A stretch of DNA of 64,000 nucleotides from a bacterium (GTDB lineage: Bacteria > UBA8248 > JACPRG01 > G963555815). The stretch spans positions 1,184,001 to 1,248,000 of the forward strand of contig OZ244653.1 in NCBI GenBank assembly GCA_965218795.1, read 5' to 3'. How positions within the stretch are numbered: the stretch's first letter is position 1; the number at the start of each line of letters is the position of its first letter. Made by a program: the position numbers and the translations under genes. Shown here one piece after another: positions 9,490-19,639 of the stretch. The notes beneath the pieces were generated by a model. That model did not search any database, was not told the DNA's origin, and was given only the letters and a program-made list of their open reading frames with translations.

Positions 9490-10752
9490 TCAGCCGATGC
9501 ACTCGTCGTAATGCTCCATCATGGTGAAGATGACCGGGCCGTCGCCCGAAACCAGAACATTTTCTTCCAGACGAACGGTCTGCTCCAGCCCCGGATGCCC
9601 GGCGAAGGTCTCGATGGCGAAGTACATGTTCTCCTGGAGCTCGACGGGGTAGTCCAGCGAATAGGCCCGGGAGATCCACATGCCCTCGTAAAGAGACAGG
9701 CCGATGCTGTGCGCGAACTGCTGAAGGGTCACGGTGCCGTACTTGTCGTCGTCATAGACCGGGAAGTTCTCGGCGACGTCGCGCGTGGTCTTACCCGGAC
9801 GAAGCTGTTCGAGACCGGCGTACATGGAATCGTACACCTCCCTGTAGAGGTCCTTCTCCTTGGCCGTCCATTTTCCACCCACCTTGAAGCAGCGGACGTA
9901 GTCGACGAAATAGCCGCCCGGACCGATGGCGTTGATGTCCACGACCACCAGGTCTCCATCCCGGATCATTCGGTCGGTGTGCCAACGCCGGTACGGGCTG
10001 GTGTTGCCCCCCGAGGCCACGATGATGTCGTACACGAAGTCGAACCCCTCGGCGTAGAGAAACTCGTTGACCTTGGCCGTGATATCGGCTTCCTTGATCC
10101 CGGGCTTCAGCCATTCATACTTGATCTTCCACATGGCCGCGTCGCCCACGGTAGAGGATATCTTCAGGCACTCGATCTCCTCGGGCGTCTTGACCACCCG
10201 GGCTTCGCTCAGCGCCGGCCAGGCGTTGACCAGGTTGATGCCCTTGTTGGTGAAGGCCTGGTAGGCCCGCATGTCCATGATGTCGATGCCGACCTTCCCC
10301 TTGTCCACGTTGTGCTCTTTGAGGACGTCGATGACGCTGTCCACCATCCGGTTGACCATCATCTCCTCGGCCGACTCGGACCACTTCCAAGTAATGGCGG
10401 GGCGGATCCGGCCCTCCAGCCAAGGCGCGTCGATCTTCGCGCACTGAAGGTCGGACCCCGCCGTCTCGAACAGGATCGGATCGGCCCCGCGGGGAAGAAC
10501 GGCGTACCGGATGAAAATGTTGTTCTTCCAGTTCCCTTGATAGACCGAGCAGGTATACCGGACGTTTTCGCCGACGTACATGACCAGTGCGTCGATGTCA
10601 TGCTTTTCCATCATGTCTTTGGCGCGCTGGAGGCGGTTTTTTCGGATGCTGTCATGATCGACCCGCATCTGCCAGTCGGTCCCCGTGACGCTGAAGTTCC
10701 GGCGGGGGGACCAGTGATGGGGTTTCTGCAGAAAGCTCAGATCCATGCTCAT
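9490..10752 (-). CDS. M24 family (Xaa-Pro peptidase-like) metallohydrolase
   Basis: RVVKTPEEI, VD...GYFVD, HSIG, AIET and RLEE (metal ligands D, D, H, E, E intact). Start moved to ATG 10752 behind RBS GAAGGAG. Confidence 0.9.
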   Translation of the reverse strand: MSMDLSFLQKPHHWSPRRNFSVTGTDWQMRVDHDSIRKNRLQRAKDMMEKHDIDALVMYVGENVRYTCSVYQGNWKNNIFIRYAVLPRGADPILFETAGSDLQCAKIDAPWLEGRIRPAITWKWSESAEEMMVNRMVDSVIDVLKEHNVDKGKVGIDIMDMRAYQAFTNKGINLVNAWPALSEARVVKTPEEIECLKISSTVGDAAMWKIKYEWLKPGIKEADITAKVNEFLYAEGFDFVYDIIVASGGNTSPYRRWHTDRMIRDGDLVVVDINAIGPGGYFVDYVRCFKVGGKWTAKEKDLYREVYDSMYAGLEQLRPGKTTRDVAENFPVYDDDKYGTVTLQQFAHSIGLSLYEGMWISRAYSLDYPVELQENMYFAIETFAGHPGLEQTVRLEENVLVSGDGPVIFTMMEHYDECIG

Positions 10753-10920
10753 GAAACAGGTCTCCTTCTCCGGGAGGCGAACGCTCCCCGGAGGGTGTTG
10801 AATGAAAGGACCCCAATATTTTTGGAATCGGGTCTGAAAATCAAACTGTTCGCCGAAACCTACCAGATTCGAAAGATCAATACAACCTGACCAGGAGGCC
10901 TTAGTCATTCAGAATGACAA

Positions 10921-12111
10921 CTAATGCAGGAATGAATAGGTCTTGTCTTTGGGAAGCTCGCTCACCCGACGGAAAAAATCAGTCTCGGTGATTGTGGTCG
11001 GCCAATCCAAATTAACGGCCAGAAAGAATTGCTCGTCATCATCCTCGTACCATTCGACGGCGGAAAGGCCGATGAGATGACATAGATCCCGGATTAAGGC
11101 CTTCCGAGGGGACTTCAAAGAATCATAGACGCTTTTCGTTTCATCAATGATTTCATCCAGAAGCATGCCGTCATCATGAGTCAACAGAAGATTCAGAATC
11201 TCCATCTGTCGATCAGCGATAATCCTCTTCCGTTTGGATACCAGACGATGAAAGAGATTGAGGGCCATGCTGCGGAAAAGTTCCTTTGACACCTCTTTAC
11301 GGATGACAGAAAGGAGCCGCTGGCTTTGAATTTTTATTCCTTTCAGGCCAAATTTCAGAAAGGAGGTTAGATCGTGATGATTTGCACGGGTTTCCCGTAA
11401 AGCTTCCAGATACGATTTCTTTTCGTCATAGTAGTAGTTTGACATGGCGATAAAACATGTATCTCGCAAACCGGCTCTTTGCAACATCAAGGCTTCCAAT
11501 GCGCGCGCCGTTCTGCCATTTCCATCAAGAAAAGGGTGCAGCGCGGCAAGATGGTAATGGGCCGCCAGGGCCTGAACCAGTTGGTCGTGATTCTGGTAGT
11601 TATTCTGCAAGGTCTCAACGAAAAGAGAAAAGGCTTCAGCGCAGTTGGAACCACCTTCCACGCCGCGGTGAGGCGGCATACCTAAAGTCACATTTTGGTC
11701 ATATCCCCGAAGCTCTCCGGGAGGACAGTGGTCATCATCTGCCTGATCAACGATTCGGCGGTGAATTTCTCGAATCAGGTCAGCGTTCATAGGGCGATCA
11801 TCAGGAAGCGCAGCAATCCAGCGGTATGTTCTAACGGCGGCACGCGCTTGGCGCTGTGAACGGGTAATGAGTTCTTCGGGTGATTCCTTCATTGCAGCAT
11901 CAAGCTCTCCCTCAGTAAAATCCGCGCCTTCAATTCTTGATGTGCCTGCTACTTCGCGCTTTAATTCCATTTGTTGAAGCGATTCAACCCAGTCCTTCTG
12001 ATACGGGATTGCCTGCAAAGAGAGTACGACGGCTTTAGCACCCACCAAGAAGCCTGCGATTTCACCGATATCGTAGTGTAGCCAGTTGTCAGGCAAGGTG
12101 TATTTAATCAT
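10921..12111 (-). CDS. Fic family protein
   Basis: Canonical HPFLDGNGRTAR motif; visibly lower GC than neighbours with an AT-rich upstream region. Confidence 0.93.
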   Translation of the reverse strand: MIKYTLPDNWLHYDIGEIAGFLVGAKAVVLSLQAIPYQKDWVESLQQMELKREVAGTSRIEGADFTEGELDAAMKESPEELITRSQRQARAAVRTYRWIAALPDDRPMNADLIREIHRRIVDQADDDHCPPGELRGYDQNVTLGMPPHRGVEGGSNCAEAFSLFVETLQNNYQNHDQLVQALAAHYHLAALHPFLDGNGRTARALEALMLQRAGLRDTCFIAMSNYYYDEKKSYLEALRETRANHHDLTSFLKFGLKGIKIQSQRLLSVIRKEVSKELFRSMALNLFHRLVSKRKRIIADRQMEILNLLLTHDDGMLLDEIIDETKSVYDSLKSPRKALIRDLCHLIGLSAVEWYEDDDEQFFLAVNLDWPTTITETDFFRRVSELPKDKTYSFLH

Positions 12112-12344
12112 AGGACAAATATATGGCCGATTCGTTTCTGTGCCAATTAATTATAAATTTTTGATTTTAAATGGATTAACATAAAATAAGAAGAAATAAT
12201 TGCGTGTTTATTTCCAATAGCAGTCGATTCGTTTCCGGTTCATTTCCTCATTTTTGGCCTGTAGATACTGGTGGCAGAATCAAAATAGATCACTATCCAT
12301 AGGGAGGGATCCACGGGCCCCGCAAAGCCCGGGAAGACGACTCG

Positions 12345-13352
12345 TCAGTCGTGGTCTCCGCCGATGTCGACGATCACCCCGACGCCCCTCTCCACGGCGC
12401 GGCGCTCGATATGCCGGGCGGTGACGAGATCCTGAATGGGCACCCCCATGGATTTGTAATAAGTGATCTCGTCATCCGATGCTCGGCCCTCCCGCTTGCC
12501 GTCCACCACGTCGGCGATGCCGGCGACGTCCTGTTTGCGGATAATGCCTTCCGTGATGGGGACGAGAAGATCGCCCGCGTCGCTCATGCAATCGGCGATG
12601 CTGTCCACCACCCATTTGGAGGCCCGGCGAATCGTTTCAGAATCCACTTCCCGCGCGTGAGGATCGTAGGCCCCGGCCGCGACGACAAAGGTTCCGGCCT
12701 TCAGGGCGGAGCCCGGGAAGACCGGATCGTGCGCGGTTGTGGCCGCCACGACAATGTCGGCGTTGCTCACCGCGGCTTCACGGGATTCAACCATCTCAAT
12801 ATCGGAGGGCACCTTCCCGCTCCACCCCGACATCCGCTCGATGAACTCCCGCCCCCGCTTCTCCGTCCGGGTGGAGAGCCAGACCTTTTTCAAGGGACAA
12901 ACCTCCGCGATGGCCTGCAACTGGTTCCGCGCCACGCGGCCCGCCCCGATGATGGCGATCACCTCGCTGTCCTTCCGCGCCAGATGCCGGGCGGCCAGGC
13001 CCGTCCCCGCACCCGTGCGGAGATCGGTCAGGTGCCCCCCCTCCATCACCGTCGCGGGACAGCCCGTATCGCCATCGAACAAGGCCACCAGCGCCGTCAT
13101 CCGCGGTACGCCTTTCTTCTCGTTATCATAAAAATCCGATACCACTTTGACCCCGTACCCCTTCCCCTCTTTCAGAAACGAGGGGTTGAAGATGGCGATG
13201 CCGGGGGGGGACTCGGATACCGCGTAGCTTCTCAGGCCCTCGACGGAACGGTCCTGCGCCAGGATCTGGAAGGCCTCGGCCTGAACGTCGATGGCCTCGG
13301 ACATGCTCAACAGCGACCGGACGTCCTGCTCGGTGAGAATGCGAAGTTTCAT
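12345..13352 (-). CDS. Ornithine cyclodeaminase/mu-crystallin family protein
   Basis: GVKVVS, LTDLRTGA, IIGAGRVA and YKSMGVPIQD motifs. Confidence 0.93.
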   Translation of the reverse strand: MKLRILTEQDVRSLLSMSEAIDVQAEAFQILAQDRSVEGLRSYAVSESPPGIAIFNPSFLKEGKGYGVKVVSDFYDNEKKGVPRMTALVALFDGDTGCPATVMEGGHLTDLRTGAGTGLAARHLARKDSEVIAIIGAGRVARNQLQAIAEVCPLKKVWLSTRTEKRGREFIERMSGWSGKVPSDIEMVESREAAVSNADIVVAATTAHDPVFPGSALKAGTFVVAAGAYDPHAREVDSETIRRASKWVVDSIADCMSDAGDLLVPITEGIIRKQDVAGIADVVDGKREGRASDDEITYYKSMGVPIQDLVTARHIERRAVERGVGVIVDIGGDHD

Positions 13353-13377
13353 CGTCGCCTTTTGATCAAGAGAGGCA

Positions 13378-14790
13378 CTATTCGACCGGCCATTGCGTCT
13401 TGTTCAGATGGCCGAGCCCGGCCCGCTTGAGGATGGTCCGCCCGCACTTCTCGACTTCCTTCAGCAGGGCCGATTCGTCGATCCCCAGCACCTTTCCACC
13501 CTCCATGACGATCCTTCCATCGATGACGGCGGTATCGGCATTGATTCCGTTGGAAGCGTGGACGAGATTGAACAGGGGGTTGAACCGCGGGTACCACTCG
13601 GGGCCGGACATGTCGAACATCACGAGGTCGGCCTTCTTTCCCTTCTCCAGCGATCCGATCTCATCTTCCCAGAGGGCGCTTTTGGCCCCGTTGATCGTCG
13701 CCATCTCGATGACGGTCTCGATGCTCATCACGCTGGGGTCCAGCCGGGCGTCCCGGTGGCCGTTGGCCGCCAGATACATGTTCTTGACGATATCCACGAA
13801 TCCGCCCGCGGGAGAGGCGTCCGAGCCGAGGCAGACCGTGAGCCCCATCTCGATCATCTCCGGAAAGCTTCCGTGAGTGAAATTTCCGTAACCCAGATGC
13901 ATCGTACAGCTGGGGCAATGGCAGACCTTGATGTCATATCGCTGCAAAAGCTTCATTTCCTTGGGCCGGACCCATCCCATGTGAATGAGGAGCCAATTCG
14001 GTCCCCATGCGCCCAGCTTCTCGATCCGCTCGAACTCGCTCAACCCGTGATCGTACAAAGAAGAAGTAAGCTGCTCGAAGACCGAGGCCACGTGGCTCTG
14101 AATCAGGGCGCCGCGCTTTTCCGCCAGTTGGTGAACGCCTCGTATCAGACGGTCCGAGCAGTTGGAAGGGATGCGCAGGTTGAACCCCCCGCGGAAACGT
14201 CCGCCGCAGGCGCCGTTCCAATCCTCGAAGTCCTTTTCCGCGCGCTTCAGGGCCTGGGACGTCGTCTGCGTGAACAGCCGGTCCGGCAGCTTTCCAAAGG
14301 GCTTCTGGCCCTGGTCGTACGTGCTGCGGCAGAAAACGCCACGCATGCCGGTCTGGTCCGTCGCCCGGGCCAGCTCCCGCGGGAAGTAGTTCGCCGTTTC
14401 GATAAAGGTGGTCGCGCCGGAGCGCAGCATTTCCCATTGGCAATGGAGCGATGAGATGTATGCCTCCTCGGGCGTCATAACGGCCTCGAAGGGGTAGATG
14501 AAGTGCATCAGCCACGGGCGGACGAACATCTGGTCCCCGACTCCCCGGGCCAGGTGCTGGGTGTGGTGGATGTGGCCCTCCACCATGCCCGGGAGAACCA
14601 GTTTCCCTTTGGCCGGGACCGTCTTCGCCGCGCGCCGTCCGTACTTGGCCTTGAGGTCTCTCGACTTGCCCACCTCGAGGATCCGGTCCCCGCGAATCGC
14701 AACGGCCCCGTTTCGGATCACGCGCCTCTTCCTGTCGACGGTGACGACATGGTCGGCGTCGACAATCAGCAGATCAACCATCTCGGGCAT
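13378..14790 (-). CDS. Amidohydrolase, MTA/SAH deaminase-TRZ/ATZ-like
   Basis: PGMVEGHIH, QSHVAS, LIHMGW, HCP, LGSD and GSLEKGKKAD motifs. Confidence 0.92.
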   Translation of the reverse strand: MPEMVDLLIVDADHVVTVDRKRRVIRNGAVAIRGDRILEVGKSRDLKAKYGRRAAKTVPAKGKLVLPGMVEGHIHHTQHLARGVGDQMFVRPWLMHFIYPFEAVMTPEEAYISSLHCQWEMLRSGATTFIETANYFPRELARATDQTGMRGVFCRSTYDQGQKPFGKLPDRLFTQTTSQALKRAEKDFEDWNGACGGRFRGGFNLRIPSNCSDRLIRGVHQLAEKRGALIQSHVASVFEQLTSSLYDHGLSEFERIEKLGAWGPNWLLIHMGWVRPKEMKLLQRYDIKVCHCPSCTMHLGYGNFTHGSFPEMIEMGLTVCLGSDASPAGGFVDIVKNMYLAANGHRDARLDPSVMSIETVIEMATINGAKSALWEDEIGSLEKGKKADLVMFDMSGPEWYPRFNPLFNLVHASNGINADTAVIDGRIVMEGGKVLGIDESALLKEVEKCGRTILKRAGLGHLNKTQWPVE

Positions 14791-14808
14791 ACCCTCCTGG
14801 AATGCGCT

Positions 14809-15969
14809 TCACTTCACGACGTGAAGCTCGCGCGGGTAATCCGTCAGGACTTCGTGACCGTCCTCGGTAATCAGGACGGTTTCGCTCAGGCCGACGCCGT
14901 ATTCGCGGTACTCGAAGACCGCCGGGAGGAAATGGTAGACCATCCCCGGCTGAAGGGCGCGCTTCTCGCCCCCTCGGAGCATCATGGTGCGGGCCTCGCT
15001 CCAGTCCGGAGGCAGCGCGATGCCGATGGAGTAACCGGCCTTGTGGCGGAACTTGTCGCCGTACCCCGCGTCGTCGATCACCTTCCGGGCCGCATGGTCC
15101 ACGTCCTCGGCCGGCGTTCCCGGCTTCATGAGCGGCAGGCCCGCTTCCAGCGACCGCCGGCAGAGATCGAACAGATCGTAGAAGAGCTTGGGAGGATCTC
15201 CGATGAAGCCGATTCGCATGATGGCCGCGTGATACCGCTTGATACTCGCCCCGATCTCGAAGTAGACCGCTTCGCCGGCCCGCACTGGATTTCCCTCCGC
15301 CATGGAGTGGGCCATGGTGTGGCGGACGCCAGCGTTGATCAGGGGCGGCAGGCCCGGAAACTCGCTTCCCTTGCTGAAGAGACCCTGATAGGCGGCCGCC
15401 ATCAGGCCGTCTTCGGTGATCCCTCCCCGGAGCGCATCCAGGGCGTAACGCATTCCGGTGGAGGCGGCCTGCCCGGCGAGCCGGCTGTACTCCCGCTCGG
15501 CGGGAGACTTGATCAGGCGCATGTTCTCGATGAGGAGGCTGGTGTCGACCCATTCCACATCGGGGAGCCGCTCGCGCAGGGCTTCGTAATCCGCGATGGT
15601 CAGATACCAGGCGCTTTTGTCGATACCGATGCGGCCCCGGTCCCATCCCCTCTCCTTCAGGACCCTGACCGTGGCGTCCAGGTAATGTTCGGTATCCGGA
15701 TAGAACTCGAGGCTCTCGACCCAGGAGCTTCCCTGGAGGGCGCTTTTCTCGATCAATCTGGAGAGGTGAACGGGATCGCCCGACGAGGGGACCAGCAAGG
15801 CCATATACGAATAGTAGCCGATGGTCCGGTAACCCGTCAGGTAATAAGTGTTCTCCAGCGTATGGACCATCATGAGATCCAGACCGCGGGAAGCCGTCTC
15901 GACTTGGACCTTTTCCAGCCTGCCCCGATATTCTTCCAGTGCAAACGGCAAATCAAACGCCTGCGCCAT
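14809..15969 (-). CDS. M24 family hydrolase, ectoine hydrolase DoeA/EutD- or creatinase-like
   Basis: F...EY..RL, YYLTGY, RLIKSPAE, FEIGASIKRYHA, GYSIG and GLSETVLITE. Canonical M24 metal ligands are replaced, as in the DoeA/creatinase subgroup. Confidence 0.85.
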   Translation of the reverse strand: MAQAFDLPFALEEYRGRLEKVQVETASRGLDLMMVHTLENTYYLTGYRTIGYYSYMALLVPSSGDPVHLSRLIEKSALQGSSWVESLEFYPDTEHYLDATVRVLKERGWDRGRIGIDKSAWYLTIADYEALRERLPDVEWVDTSLLIENMRLIKSPAEREYSRLAGQAASTGMRYALDALRGGITEDGLMAAAYQGLFSKGSEFPGLPPLINAGVRHTMAHSMAEGNPVRAGEAVYFEIGASIKRYHAAIMRIGFIGDPPKLFYDLFDLCRRSLEAGLPLMKPGTPAEDVDHAARKVIDDAGYGDKFRHKAGYSIGIALPPDWSEARTMMLRGGEKRALQPGMVYHFLPAVFEYREYGVGLSETVLITEDGHEVLTDYPRELHVVK

Positions 15970-16018
15970 GTCGTAAACCTCCGACGCTCAATAGGGACCG
16001 GAGACCCGGTCCGCCGGG

Positions 16019-16390
16019 TCAATATCCGAAGAATCTCGGGATTGAGATCGCCAATCCCGGAACATAGGTGATCAGAAGCAAAACGGCAATCTCGACGAGC
16101 AGGAAGGGCCAGATCGCCATCACCAGCCGTTCCACAGAGAGCTTCGCGATTCCCGAGGCCACGAACAGGCATACGCCCAGGGGGGGGTCGCCAGGCCAAT
16201 AATGAGATTAATGCTCATGATCATACCGAAAAGCAGCGGGTCGACGCCAATGCTCTTGGCGACCGGCAGGAGAACCGGAACGCAGGATAAGGATCAGCAA
16301 GGGGTTCCGCGTAACCGACAAGATGGCTTGGGAAATCTGCCGGGGGATCCGTGCGGGCCGTGTGTTACTCTGCCCGTGTCCACTGCCCAA
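16019..16390 (-). pseudogene. TRAP transporter large permease (DctM) remnant
   Basis: QISQAILSVTRNPLLILI then, after a frameshift or deletion, VPVLLPVAKSIGVDPLLFGMIMSINLIIGLATPPLGVCLFVASGIAKLSVERLVMAIWPFLL...PRFFGY stop. Confidence 0.85.
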
Positions 16391-16737
16391 TAGGGGGCGG
16401 GAATAACGCGTGGCCTGAGTCGATCATTCCTGTGCAGACAAGAATCCAGTGCATTCGAGGGGAGGCACCGGACGAGTCCTTATCCCCTGGACGCCGCAAG
16501 GGCTTTCTCTATCAAGGAGTCATACCTAAGGATAAGCATCGAATCGGGGAAAAAGGGACACCCCGATTCATCCGTACCAAAATGAATCCCTGCAAGAAAC
16601 TCGAAAGGAAATCAAGCATGGACCTTCCTGCAAAATTTCTTGCCAACCAGCGAACCCACTCTGCAGGACAAAGAGGGGGAGAGCGCATATGCGCTCTCCC
16701 CCCTCCCTTCTTGAAATCCCAGTGAAAATTCGTCGAC

Positions 16738-17563
16738 CTATCGAGCAGGTGTCAACTCAACCCGCCTGTTCAACGAACGGCCTTCGGGTGTCGCATTGTC
16801 TGCGACCGGTCTGGAGAATCCATAACCCGAAATCGGGAAACGCCCGCTCGGGATCCCCTGCATGGTCAGATAATCCTGAACGGCCCTGGCCCGGTTTTCC
16901 GAAAGGGTCTGGTTGTAAGCGGCTTTCCCTCGGTTGTCCATATGACCCTCGATCTTCATCCTAATGTCGGGATTCGCCTTGAGAACCTCAACAACCGCGT
17001 CCAACTCTACGGCGCCCCTGGGCTTGATGTCTGTCTTATCATTGTCGAACAGAATATGCCTGACGGCCCAGCAGCCCACCAAGTCCACTTTGGCGCCTTT
17101 GGGCGTCCCGGGGCACTGATCACGGACATCCACCACCCCGTCGCCGTCACTATCAAGCGGGCAGCCGTTTCCGTCAACCGCCGCACCCTCTGGGGTATCG
17201 GAGCACTTGTCCCGATAGTCGGGTACGCCGTCCCTGTCGGTGTCGGGACACAGGCCCTTGGCCTTCTCCAGCGCCATCTGAGCCATTTCTTCCGCCTTTG
17301 CGGTCTGACAGGTCCAATAAGTCGCCTCTGCCTCTTTGCGTATTTTCAACACCCCGTTGTAGGCAACGGGACAGTCCTTATCCTTACCCGTCCCTCGGGC
17401 TTGCTCCAGTAGCCGATCAATCTGTTCCAAGGGCTCAAAAACTTCTGGATACGTGGAACGATCCAGCGTGGGCAAGGTGGTGCAGCCGCTCACCAGGAGT
17501 AAAAGACCACAAAAAACCGGGGCATACCAGTCAAGTTTTTTTTGAACGCCTTTTTCTTGCCAT
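16738..17563 (-). CDS. OmpA-family lipoprotein with thrombospondin type-3 repeats; signal peptide frameshifted at an A8 tract
   Basis: DTDRDGVPDYRDKC and DSDGDGVVDVRDQC repeats; OmpA C-domain (EGH, YNQTLSENRA, GRSLNRRVE). RBS-preceded ATG at 17563 is out of frame by one base. Confidence 0.85.
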
Positions 17564-17662
17564 CGCGATTACCTCCTGCATGAAACTGTATGAAAATGAA
17601 GTTTTTGCGGGCTCGGCCCGTTTCTCACAATCTCTTCCACATGGCAACGAAGTTGCGGCCAG

Positions 17663-18661
17663 CTAGCATTCCACGCCCAACTCGGCCATGAACCTTCGAT
17701 ACTGAACGGCAATCGCGTCGGGCGCTTTGACGTGAAGCTCCTCCGACAGGTCCAGCGGCAGCTCTTCCGGACGCTGCCGTTCCACGATGACCCGGTCCTG
17801 TTCGGTGACGACCTCCTGCAGATCGTCGATGCCGAGCACCGTTCCGGCCTCGGGCTCATGGTTTCGATAGATGGTCAGAAACCGCGTGGTTTCCTTCGCC
17901 GAGTTCGGGCAGGAATAGTTCAGATAGACCTCTCTGTTGCCGTTGGGCTCTTCCTTCCGCTGGTAAATCGTGAACGGACGAAACACGCTGTAGTTTCGAG
18001 TATGCGGAAGCGCGATGGTCTTGTTGGCCGGGACATCCACCTGGAAGAGCAGCACCTCTCCGTCGCGCTCGATCCTGGCCTCGGAGACCCTCGGCTGGTC
18101 CGGGCTGCCCAATATCCCCCGGTGGACGAAAGCAAAATGGGCCTGGTCGAAGAAGTTTTCGGTCGCCCGGCCCGCGCTGGTCTTCCAGTTCCATTTGTTT
18201 CGGAAGATCGGCTTGTAATCCGGTTCTTCGGCCAGCGGGCATTCAGGTATGGGCGTACGGGGCTCATCGGACATGCAAACCCACACCATCCCATACCGCT
18301 CAGCCGCCGTGTACGTGGTGAGGCAAGCCCGCTTGGGGATCGGGTGCTCGTCAGGAATGGACGGGATGCGCGTGCACTTCCCCTCGGCGTTGTATTCCCA
18401 CCCGTGATAACAGCAAATGATCCGGTCGTTCTCGATATGGCCGAGGGATATGGGCGTCCCCCGATGGACGCACAGGTCGGAGAACGCGGCCAACCCCCCA
18501 CCCACCCTGCAGACAATGATGTCCTCGTCGAGAAGCCGGACCGGAAAAATCTCGTTCTCCCCGACGTCCTCCGACCAGGCGACAACGTGCCAATAATCGC
18601 GCAGAGCCGGCCAGAGCGCTTCTTCCAAGAGCGGTGCGTCTTTGATTGCGCCTTTCGCCAT
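17663..18661 (-). CDS. Rieske non-heme iron oxygenase alpha subunit (VanA/NdmA-like demethylase type)
   Basis: CVHRG...CCYHG Rieske motif, ENFFDQAHFAFVH iron-binding motif, C-terminal ERQRPEELPLDLSEELHVKAPD. Confidence 0.93.
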   Translation of the reverse strand: MAKGAIKDAPLLEEALWPALRDYWHVVAWSEDVGENEIFPVRLLDEDIIVCRVGGGLAAFSDLCVHRGTPISLGHIENDRIICCYHGWEYNAEGKCTRIPSIPDEHPIPKRACLTTYTAAERYGMVWVCMSDEPRTPIPECPLAEEPDYKPIFRNKWNWKTSAGRATENFFDQAHFAFVHRGILGSPDQPRVSEARIERDGEVLLFQVDVPANKTIALPHTRNYSVFRPFTIYQRKEEPNGNREVYLNYSCPNSAKETTRFLTIYRNHEPEAGTVLGIDDLQEVVTEQDRVIVERQRPEELPLDLSEELHVKAPDAIAVQYRRFMAELGVEC

Positions 18662-18835
18662 TCTCACTCTCCTCTTTTCACCCGGCATTCCCGAACGCCG
18701 ATGAGCGGCTCAAACCATTCCATCACCATCAGCCGGACCGTGGAACCCCATTTTTGGATCCGAAATCTCCCGAGGCCCGGTCTCCACAGCGTCCTGCCCG
18801 GGCGAACAGGCCTCCGGCCGGCGGCCGGGTGTCTC

Positions 18836-19618
18836 CTACGCAAAAACCTGGCGGTACTTGTCCATCATCCCCCGCTCCTCATACCAGAGCAGGGTCTCGA
18901 CGGATTTTCCCGTGCCCTCCATTTCGGTCAGGAGGTACAGAAGGGGTTCGACCACGTGATCCGGCGTCATGCAAATATTCTGCTCGAAGTACTCACGCGG
19001 CGTGTCGGCCTGAAAATTCGTATCCGCCATGGTCGGACAAAAGGCGTTCACGCGGATCCCGTGCTTTTCCATATGGGTCGAGAGGCAATGGTTGAATCCC
19101 TCGACTGCGTACTTGGTCGTGGTATACGGGATGCATCGGACGTCCCGGTATTTGAACCGGGCCGTGGTCGACGAGATGTTCACGATGTGCCCCGATCTCC
19201 GATCGATCATATGGGGAAGGACCGCCTTGGAGCACAGGAACGGACCCCTCACATTCACGGCAAACACCGTGTCCCATTGCTCCACGCTGCATGCAGTCAA
19301 ATCGCCGCTGGGGGCGTTGATGCCTGCATTATTGATCAAAACGTCAATCTGGCCGAATCGATCAAGCGTGGCCTTCACCATGGCTTCCACCTGGGCCTCG
19401 TCCGACACGTCCGTCGTGACCGCGATGGCCGAACCTCCAGCGTCGGTCATCTCCTGAACGATCCGCTCGATGTCCACGGCGCTGATATCGGCCACTGTCA
19501 CATTCATACCCTCTTTGGCGAGCGCCTTGCTCTCCTGCTCGCCAAAACCCATTCCCCCACCGGTCACGATTGCGGTTTGTCCCGCCAGTTTGCTTGCCAC
19601 GAATCGGTCTCCTTTCAA
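18836..19618 (-). CDS. SDR family oxidoreductase
   Basis: TGGGMGFG, NNAG, NISS and YTTTK motifs; start may be GTG 19600. Confidence 0.92.
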   Translation of the reverse strand: MKGDRFVASKLAGQTAIVTGGGMGFGEQESKALAKEGMNVTVADISAVDIERIVQEMTDAGGSAIAVTTDVSDEAQVEAMVKATLDRFGQIDVLINNAGINAPSGDLTACSVEQWDTVFAVNVRGPFLCSKAVLPHMIDRRSGHIVNISSTTARFKYRDVRCIPYTTTKYAVEGFNHCLSTHMEKHGIRVNAFCPTMADTNFQADTPREYFEQNICMTPDHVVEPLLYLLTEMEGTGKSVETLLWYEERGMMDKYRQVFA

Positions 19619-19639
19619 ATTCCGCCGCTGGACGGAGTC

